Positions 54,822-64,000 of a stretch of 64,000 bases of DNA are shown here, piece after piece. Source of the DNA: Octopus vulgaris (taxonomy: Eukaryota); NCBI GenBank assembly GCA_951406725.2, contig OX597820.1, forward strand, positions 102,796,001 to 102,860,000, in the 5' to 3' direction. The position numbers and the translations under genes are program-made. The notes below the pieces were generated by a model. That model worked only from the letters and a program-made list of their open reading frames with translations. It made no database searches and had not been told where the DNA came from. Every line of letters begins with the position of its first letter. Position 1 is the stretch's first letter.

Positions 54822-56312
54822 ATGTGTGCGTGCGTGTGTGTGTGTGTGTGTGTTTGTGTGTATGTGTGTGTGTGTATGGGTTATATGGAAGTAAAACAAT
54901 ATCTTATTAAACGTCATGCAAAAGAATACCTTTTCGAGAGTTAATCTTTAGTAACCGGTATCGTTTTAAAAACAAAACAACTCGGCGAAACCCATTTCTT
55001 TCAAATTTCGCCTCAGAGAAGCATAAATTAAGACTCTTGATTTGAATAGCATTCAAAATTTTATACTGTATAGAGCGGGGAGTGTTGCCCTCTCTTGTAC
55101 ATTATTACAGGGTAAACTGGGTGTTGAAAGTTGAATGTTTTGATTGCAGATACAACATTCATGGCTGTGTGTTTTAGAGATCGGATCCCATCGCACAGCA
55201 ACTTAGGTCAAATGTTTTCTGCCATTGCCATTAGAAACGCCATGAACCAGTAATTTCGTGCAAAGACTCATGTGTTTGCGAATATTAGTAAAAAGAAATA
55301 TTCTATAAAAATGTAACTCTATGGAGGTATGTCTGTAACTAGTATGAATATTCTAGCAAGAATGCAAAACAGAAAAATTTGATTAAGGGGTACTTTAAAA
55401 TGTAGAATGAGGTCAGTAACTGTTTCGTGAACTACCTGTGCTAATTCAACCAAAGCTCGACTATACTATAACAATTCGCAGAACGTCGATAGGTTCTCTT
55501 CCGGTCTCAACGATAAGCATTCAGTTCTTTGACCAACTGAATTCCTTGACGTAGACTTAACGTGTAAGAGAAATGAATACATATAAAGGAAATCAGTGTC
55601 ACATAAAGTAAAAGAACCAGACAATTGAATTACATGTAGAATCCGGGGCGAATGAAAAGAATCGAATGTGATGTTGGCTCTTACTTACTATATATAAGAG
55701 TCTGAAAAGATAAAATACACAACTGAACCTTGCCAGTATTTGAACTTAAGGCGTTGGTGGGAACAAATAAAGCAGACTGTTTAACGATTCTACCAACGCA
55801 CCTTCTTGACACTTTTACTCGATTAAGTTTATATCTTCGTGTAAGCGCCTCGTTTAGAAATAGAAGTGGAAAATGATATACATTTCAATTCTGTTAACGT
55901 CAAAGCAACGGAAATTATACAACTTTTAAGCTTGCAGTGTTATGTCTGTAGCGTGATAATGAATAGTTACATTGCTGAATGACAAGAAAACTAAGAGCTT
56001 TCGTAGTTTGTAATGTTATGGGCATGTGGTCTATAATACGCATAGTGAATAATGCTTGAGTATATCAATATATAAGAACAACATATATAACTTTACACAT
56101 ATTTGGTTCCGCGCACACATGCGCATGTATGATTGCTCACACAACACACACATTAACGCACACGCACACTCTCTCATACACACACACACATACAAAGTGT
56201 CAATTACCTGTAAATATCTATACTTTCATTTACATATTTGTGTGTAACTGTTGAAGTAGATGTGCGCATATATATGAATTTGTATGCGTATGTGCGGCAT
56301 GAATGTATGTGC

Positions 56313-56377
<65 letters not shown>

Positions 56378-56839
56378 TGAATAGCGCTTATATTTATGAA
56401 AAATTTAATGAATATTCCTATTTAATTTTAATGAGTTTAAAATATACTTCCGAGAACGTGCGAACACGAGTTGAAATACAATGCAGCGTGCACTAGAATT
56501 AATAAAATTACTGTAGTATCATTAAACTATTTATTTAGTAGGTGTGATGCTTGGGGGTTATAATATATCTTTATAATAATATTCTCATTTTACCTAGTCA
56601 TATAAGCTCTTGTTCTTGTTATACAAAAGTATTAAGATTTATTAAAAAGATACAGTAGCCTGTGGCTAAAAATAATTCGAAGTTTTTGTTTGATATAAGA
56701 ATCTGCTCCTTGTAATAATGAAGTATGCTGCTTGTATGGATCGAATTTTAGAGAAAGAGTCGACCTTATTGTATAATGGATCTAAACCAACGAATCAACC
56801 TTCAGCCTACGGTCTTAAAACGAATAGGCCACGTAAAGT

Positions 56840-56912
56840 TGTTCATTAGGTGACTCAAACCAATGACTCTTAGACTAAAAGTTAGACGTTCTACCAACGG
56901 AGCTATTCGAGT
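56840..56912 (-). pseudogene. tRNA-Lys(UUU)-derived pseudogene
   Basis: actcgaatagctccgttggtagaacgtctaacttttagtctaagagtcattggtttgagtc aligns by eye with eukaryotic tRNA-Lys(TTT); acceptor and T stems are poorly paired. Confidence 0.7.
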
Positions 56913-59119
56913 GCATCTAGAATAATCAAGCTACACTTGTCCTGGATATAATATCCTGCAAATGAAGATGAGGTGCTTACGGCTTCAATACAGGTGTGGC
57001 CATGAAAATTAGATGCGGAGATACATGGAGGCTAAATAAAGGCAGAGAGGCCCACCACGCTTTGCCCAAGTTGCCTCTGGTCTGACATAATTGGTCTATA
57101 GGTCTCACTAAGACGCTCGCCTGGCGAATGTCTCTGTGTTACATGTCTAATCAGTCGGAGGTTTTCAGGTACAAGCTAACCTTAGGGAATGAAAGATGCA
57201 GTATACCCTGTAGAAATTGAATCTAGATGTCAGTTTGGAGGGAGACGAAACTGAAAACAACGCTCAATCATTTACGTCAGTTCATTGTTCTTCTTCTGTA
57301 TGTTTACAGGGTTTTTTTTATTTTAGAAGACACTTTTGTAGCTATTATTTTAGAAAAGAATAGTGGATAGAATTGACCTTTGTATATTACTGTTGTTCAT
57401 CGGATCGCTGATAGAACTTCTAAAGAGCTACTCAACTGCTTAGAAACAGTAGCTAAATCTCCCTTAAATCCCACAGTTTTCTTTCAAAAGGTACACCTTT
57501 TAAAATGTCGTCCTGGATACACTAAATCTAAAGAGAAGACAGTATACTTATGGATAGAAAATTTTTGCACCCGAAACTAAAATGGCTGAATCAAAATACA
57601 AAATAATGTAAACCACTCAATCTGGTGTACTATAGACTCGACTAGCTTTTTAGAGGAAGAAAGAACGAAAAGAGTATTTAGTTGATTCGTTTTAAAAGTC
57701 ATGCTATGCATATGTCTTCCAAAGACTCATTTAATTATTGTTCTTTTCTTTCTGTTAATGGCTTAGACTGATCTTGTTCCAATCCATTTGATACTTGGTA
57801 TGTTTGCTAGCATTAATGTTGTTCGCTGATTTGTTTACAGAATTCAGTAATAATCTCGTCTGCCACTGCAAGAATTATAGTTGTCTAATCAAAAACAAAA
57901 CAATAGTGCAGTTGTTAAAATAATAATTCTAATACATAATATTATTTTCTCAAGAATTTGTCATTTTTGTAAGAAGATGAAAGAAATGATTTTGAAATCT
58001 ATATGAAGTATGCAGTTGATATTCTAAAAGCAACCGATTTCTAGTTTCTTAACAGCAGGTCAACCATGAACTAAGAGAAGTTTCATAATGACCATCTAGC
58101 TACATTTTGCGAGGTGTAGGGTTCTTTTCTAAGACTGTACTAGGCAATGTTAGGAAAATTTGACAGATATTTGTATGAAATCAGTCGAACACATACAGGT
58201 CCTTTATTTGATTCGTGGAAAAACATATATCTATACACTTTGCAGAGTTTTAAAAAAAGCTATAGATAACCTGCAATGTCCAGTAAAGGATAGATGCTAT
58301 CAATTGAGAAAGTCTTACGAAATAAACAATAACTGTCAAAGTAAGATTGTGTTTAAGTCTGGAGAAACGTAATTTCAGATAAATAAATAACAATTAGGAA
58401 AACGCATGGTTTGTCAAAGAAGAATATATAATAGTTCAGTTAATGAAAAAATAAATCTAATATAAATGCTCAAGTTCAATTTAATCTGTCTGATATAAAC
58501 CAGGAAGCCTAATGTATCCGGGAAGGAAATGAATTACGATAATTACATAAAATGAATAACGCTTTCCAAACGCTATTTTACAAATTATTTATCTGATAAT
58601 ATATGAATGACTTCCGTGACTGAATCTTCCAACATCATCATCAGATTTTGTAGCAATGTAGTTATCTATAGAAAATCAACTTGCATAATAATAGATTTCA
58701 CACTCCTTGAAAATACTGTAAGGCTACTGTTAGTCTGCTTAACTGTTTAATTTCTTTAACTTATATCAATTCGTGATACACTTTGAAGTATTTCAATTCA
58801 AAATCTCAACATAACGTAGGTTTCCTAATTTAGGCAGTATTTTTTATGCCTCATAAGTACTTATTTTTGGTTTGTTAAAACTAGCTGTGTTATAGTGAAT
58901 AGTACGGTATAATACACTTACACTAGCAGTGACATACTATAAAATGTATACTAACATATTATAATGCATATACATATCAAAATCTATCATCTCGACCAAT
59001 TCTTGTTCTTTATACACCATTTAATAAGTTTCTTTCCTCAATATTGAGTACTTCGATACCTACACAACTAAATATTCCTTAACTATATTAGATAAACATC
59101 TTGTCATAGAAAACTTTTA

Positions 59120-59545
59120 ACAGTGTATCAACTCATCGTGTTCTTCGTGCGGTGAAGACGATCATTGATTTCTTCGATGGTGACAGTTTCAGGACGTTCA
59201 GACCTTGGGTCATTTTCAAGTCTTTCCCTCCCATCCCTAAATTCAGCTGCTCACTTTTACACTGATGATAAACCTGGTGCATCATACCCTAATGTAGGTA
59301 CTATATCAGCATCAATACACTTGAGGGCTAAGCCCCTTTTCTGCAGGTACTTGATAACACCGCAATGCCAAATTTTGTCCATTTTCAAAAAAAGTCGCTA
59401 CTAATTGCTTTTGAAGTCTTCTTTGAACAGTCAGATATCAGTTTACCTGGAAGGAAACAATGCAGTTATTTATGAGTAGAGTTGAAATTAAGGCATGCAA
59501 TACTTCCGACCCTAGAACTTCATTAGTTATTTAATCGGTCTCATA
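59120..59545 (-). mobile_element. 5' fragment of a mariner transposon
   Basis: From 59382 minus strand MDKIWHCGVIKYLQKRGL...AAEFRDGRERLENDPRSERP, the mariner HTH and GRP region, with stops. Confidence 0.85.
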
Positions 59546-59667
59546 AGATATGGAATACAGAATGGACCTTAGTCGGATGGGGGATAGTTTAGTGAAAGAT
59601 GAATAAAAGAGAGCATGTCAGAATTCACCGGTTCTCATACTACACAGATATGTATGTATGTATGTCA

Positions 59668-60180
59668 TTATTTAGTTTTATTTCAAGATTTCTTGCCAAT
59701 AGAGGAAGAGCCGGTTTCTAAACTAGATCCTTCCTTACTTGTACTTGTGGCGACATTCACCCTGGGCGGGTTGAGTCGGCTTCTTCCACCAACCTCGAAG
59801 CATCTTGAACCATGGCAGTGGAAGAAGTTTCGTGGGAATATGAATTTCACAAGCGGTCCCCAACAATCCCGCATGTAGAGACATCCTGTTTGCCGCAGAT
59901 TGTCCGCAGACGCAGGGACAGAAGACCGAGGAGCCGCCGTTTGCCGAAACAGACACTCCGAGGATTTTCACCAGAGCCCCGTCAGCCGGGTTGTGGCCCT
60001 AATACCACTCGGTGTCAGACCAATCCGCCTTGGGTGGCCCTACCAGGAACCGAAGTTCCCGACGGCATAGCTCTGACACTACCCGTTGTCAGCGTCCCCA
60101 CCACGGTGAGGAGGGGATGGATCCAAGGCTCTTTCACTGAAATTTCAACATCAACAACAAGGTATATTTGTATTTATGTA
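59668..60180 (-). mobile_element. R4/Dong-like 3' UTR fragment split by a younger insertion
   Basis: 59668-59730 and 60120-60180 together match 46510-46620 (ttatttcaagatttcttg...ccggtttcta...gatccaaggct...aatttcaacatcaa). Confidence 0.85.
59731..60119 (-). mobile_element. Short GC-rich RTE-derived non-autonomous element
   Basis: TSD gatcc at 59726 and 60120; minus-strand 5' end ..ccgtggtgggg...gagctatgccgtc...tagggccacccaag resembles RTE/Bov-B 5' UTRs; 3' tail acaagtacaagtaagg. Confidence 0.75.
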
Positions 60181-60186
60181 AGTATG

Positions 60187-63100
60187 TGTTGTGTGAGAGT
60201 AAACGCGCCAGACAGCTACTATTTATATGCAGTGGTCCCCATGGTGAGAATGGACTGGACCACTACATATAAATAGTAGCTGTTTGAGTAAGTGAGGTAT
60301 TCACAGACGGTGTGACTAACGCAATTTCTTAATTTACAAATTATCCGGAGGAAAGTATTACGTTTCCCGCATATTATAGAAGATACAAAGAAATTTTTAA
60401 CAACGAATACAAGTCATGGTTGGAGAAGCAGAAAGTAAGGCTTTTACTGTGCAAGGTAGCTCCTGCCGAACCTGAACATTACTGTAACTTTATTCTGCCC
60501 AAAAAGTGGAGTGAGATTAGTTTCCAAGAAACCGTTGAACTACTTTCAAAACTTTCTATAATAGAAGTTCATTATTCAGCACGAGAATGGAGTGTTGGAA
60601 CATAACAAAAAATGAGGAGGAGGATTTTACCACCTACCCCAGAGTAGTCAACTGTATGTTCGAAAATTTCAAACTCTATAATCTCACTCAGGACATGTTC
60701 AAATCACTTATCTTGGTGCGAGGACTTGCAGCACCTGAAGACAGATATATTCAGGCGAGGATTCTTTCGAAACTGGAGCAAGCGAAACAGGATTTATTTT
60801 TACAGACCATCGCAGAAGAATACCAGACAATGATAAATCTTAAACATTATGTAAAAAAAAAAAATACAAGATAAAGACTCTACAAAAATTCAAATGTGTC
60901 GTCCTGGGAAGCATAATCAAAAAAGAGTGTCAGGTCCCAATTCGTGTTATGGTTGTGGAGACCTACACTACAAAAAGGATTGTTTGCTTAAAAACAAAAA
61001 GTTCTGTAGTTGTCAGAAGCTGGGATACAGGAGTTCTCAGTGTAGAACAAGACTATAAGGCTCAAACACAAAACGTTCTAGGGTTTTTTCAGCGGAGAGT
61101 GATTGCAACGGAAAAACAAGAAAATTCGTGCATGTAAAAGTAAATGATACGAAATTACAATTAGACACAGGTAGTGACATCTCGATCATAAATGCTGATA
61201 CTTGGTAAACAATTGGTAAACTGAGATTACGTAAAACAGCGAAAATAGCGCGATAAATTACATTTCTTGGGTAAAACAAGTATCGAAGTCACATTTCGAA
61301 GAAAGACACGCGAAGCAAAATAATTCATTGTGAATAATACAATCAATCCGTTTGACACCATAAATCTTTACTGCAATAACATAAATGATTGTCCCATTAA
61401 AAACAATTCTTCGGAAGAAATGAAGAAAAAATTGAATAAAATGCTCCTGGAAATATTGTCAGAGGATGTTGGTCTATGTAGAAAGACGGAAGCCTATTTC
61501 CAACTAAGTGAAAACGCTGTACCTCAGTTCAAAGCAAACAGGAAAGTACCGTTCGCAGCAATAGAAACCGTAAATGAATAGTTAGACAAACTCGAAAAGA
61601 GTGGAGTCATCAAAAAGGTGGATTACTCGAAGTGGGCTGCACCCACGGTATGTATAAAAAAATTATAATAAGATTAGGACATGTGCCGATTTCTCTACAC
61701 GATTGAACGACTTTTTAAAAACATACCACCATCCACTCCCGACGGCAGAGGGCATTTTTTCAAAGTTAAATGGTTGAGAAATTTTTTACAAATTAGATCT
61801 GTTTGAAGCCTATTTACGAATAAAAGTAAATGAAAAATGCTCGAAGCGGATTGTACAGATACATATGATTACGTTTTGGATTAAAAGTGGCACCAGCAAT
61901 ATTCCAGCATATCACGGATACTATGTTATCTGATTGGGAAATTGCAATCCTTTATTTTTGATCAAGAGTAATTCTCGTGAACAGCATGTGGAACGCATAG
62001 AAGCTGTGTTTAAGAAAATTAAAGTTTTCGGGTTCACTTTGAGTGAAGAAAATCCAAATTCTTTCTACCCCAAATTAAGTACTTTTGGCAAATAATTGAC
62101 AAAAGTGGTAGACGCCCTGACCCGTCGATGGCAGCCGCAATAAGGAATATGCCTGCGCCGACAAATATTCTAACTTTACAAGCATCTGTTGGGCTGGCCA
62201 ACTACTACCAATACTACATTCCTAACAGCTCCATTGAGTGACTTATTTTAAAAAAAAGGAGCAAAGTATAATTGGTCCACTTAATGGCAAAACGCATTTG
62301 AAGAAATAAAAAAAAACTTCTAATCTCAGACCTATTATTAGCACATTACAATCCCGAAATGGACATCATTGTAGCGTTTGATGCTTCCGAGCGCGAATTA
62401 GTTCTACTTCAAAAATACGAAGACGGAGGTACAAAACCAGTGGTTCATGTTTCGCACTCACTAATAGCAGCAGAGAAGAGATGTAGTCAAATTGAAAAGG
62501 AGGACCTAGCAATTATTTTTGCAGTTAAAAATTATTACAGGTTTCTGCATGGCAGAGGATTTTTTTAATTGCAAACAGGTTATAGACCTTTGCAATTGGT
62601 TTATAGGTCTAATAAAAGGGTTACCGAATCAAACTGCGAACCGCCTGCAACGTTGGGGTGTGATGTTACTAAATCATAATTTCAAAATGCAATATATTCC
62701 ATCGAAAAAATCGGTCATGCGGATTGCCTTTCGAGATTAATTCCAAAAATATGGAATCGCTAGAAGAGACTGTACAGCCACACTGCAGGCAGAAAGTGTG
62801 ATTTAAAGTGTTAGGACGAACGTTATTCAAGAATTACTACTCACTACACAGGATATAAGAATGAAAGCTGTAGGCGATGAGTATATTACGAAAATAAAAG
62901 AAGCTGTAAAAATTAAACAAAATAAAAGTTCAGATGTCAGTAGTTTTTTCAATTTGCAGCGATATTCTGATGTATGCCCAAAGAGTGGTGGTTCCAACTA
63001 CATTACAAAAAGGTATATTGCATCATCCAGGAATGGCAAGGAGGAAAGCTCTGATGAGGAGTTATATCTATTGGCCGTCTATGGATCGAGATACCAAAAA

Positions 63101-63545
63101 CTTGGCGAGAAAGTGCCAAGGATGCGCGCTCACAGTAAAAGCCCCTCCGGTAAAATATCAATCCTGGCCAGAGACGGAGAACACATGGTCAAGGTTACAC
63201 ATTAACACTGACGGAAAGGTAAACGCCGATGCTTACTACCTAATCGTAGTAGATGGCTGTACTAAGTGGCCAGAAGTTTGCACGTGCTATAGACCAACTT
63301 CTAAGACAACTATAAAGTTCTTGTACGAATTGTTTGTGCGATACAGTGTCCCTGACACGCTAGTTTCAGACAACGGAACGCAGTTCTCTGGGTATGAATT
63401 CAAGAGCTTCTATAAAAGGCATGTGATAATGCATATTTTCACTCCACCCTACCACCCGAGGACAAACGGGTAGGTAGAAAGATTTGTGAACACATTTAAG
63501 GGAGTGTTAAGAAAGGCGAGGAATGAATTAACGACTAAGCACTGA
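60187..63545 (+). mobile_element. Degraded Ty3/Gypsy LTR retrotransposon (gag-protease-RT-RNase H-integrase)
   Basis: CYGCGDLHYKKDC zinc knuckle, LQLDTGSDISII protease, WAAPTV, KLDLFEAY and FGLKVAPAIFQ (RT), VAFDAS and SQIEKEDLAIIFAV (RNase H), HPGMAR..YWP..CQGC, LVSDNGTQF and PPYHPRTNG (integrase); many stops and frameshifts. Confidence 0.95.
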
Positions 63546-63561
63546 CAACTTTAAGAATATA

Positions 63562-63780
63562 ACCATGGTTCTGGGTTCAGTCCCACTGCATGGCACCTTT
63601 GCCAAGTGACTTCTGCTATAAACTCTGGCCGACCAAAGCCTTGTGAGTGGATTTGGTAAATGGAAACTGAAAGAAACCCATCGTATATAATATATATATA
63701 TGTGTGTGTGTGTGTGTATGTTTGTGCGTCTGTGTTTATTCCTCTCTCACCATCGCTTGACAACCGATGCTTGTGCATTT
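63562..63780 (+). mobile_element. tRNA-derived SINE, 5'-clipped
   Basis: catggttctgggttcagtcccactgcatggcacctt...ggccgaccaaagccttgtgagtggatttggta. Confidence 0.9.
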
Positions 63781-63783
63781 AAA

Positions 63784-64000
63784 TTGTTTGGGCGTCTGCC
63801 GGCCTGTGTCTTCAATAACTGGCAACAGAACGGGAGTATTCCTGCGTCTGTGAGTCAGAGAGTCGTGGTACTGATCAGAAGAAATGCAAACAAGGGGGAC
63901 GTAATTGACAACTTTAGACCCATCACTCGGCTTAAGACAGAGTTGAAGATTCTGGCCAAGGTTTTAGCAAAAACGTTGGTGAAAATCGTGGATGGTATCG
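63784..64000 (+). mobile_element. Tx1/L1-clade RT fragment running off the window edge
   Basis: LFGRLPACVFNNWQQNGSIPASVSQRVVVLI...IDNFRPITRLKTELKILAKVLA matches the N.RPI.LLN.D.KILAK motif. Confidence 0.85.

Noticed and set aside
59812-60276. 154-aa Arg/Pro-rich ORF
   Set aside because: Antisense reading through the GC-rich RTE-derived insert and across element boundaries.

Overview
AT-rich, microsatellite-dense eukaryotic DNA whose tRNA-derived SINEs and non-LTR fragments look like those of an octopus (cephalopod) genome; this assignment is an inference from recalled repeat families. I find no convincing host protein-coding gene, and nearly all ORFs in the track are translations of (TA)n/(CA)n/(TAG)n/(CAT)n repeats. 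The window is a transposon graveyard: mariner, Tc1 and DUF4817-type Tc1/mariner elements, a hAT-type MITE, CR1, RTE, R4/Dong-like and Tx1/L1 fragments, a degraded Penelope-like element (PLE), a Gypsy internal region, many SINEs and a tRNA-Lys pseudogene. An 8.2-kb segment is present twice either side of a 100-N gap and is probably a false duplication. The most interesting signal is a set of short, unrelated, non-coding elements sitting mostly in (TA)n tracts. Most carry a minimal hammerhead-ribozyme-like motif with a variant core, and several are folded back into palindromes (arms of about 66 bp, 129 bp and about 2 kb). One member fuses a tRNA-like Pol III head to such a tail and has a 13-bp target-site duplication. 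Together they suggest a non-autonomous, ribozyme-bearing, PLE-mobilised retroelement system. All motifs were read by eye; no folding or database search was run.
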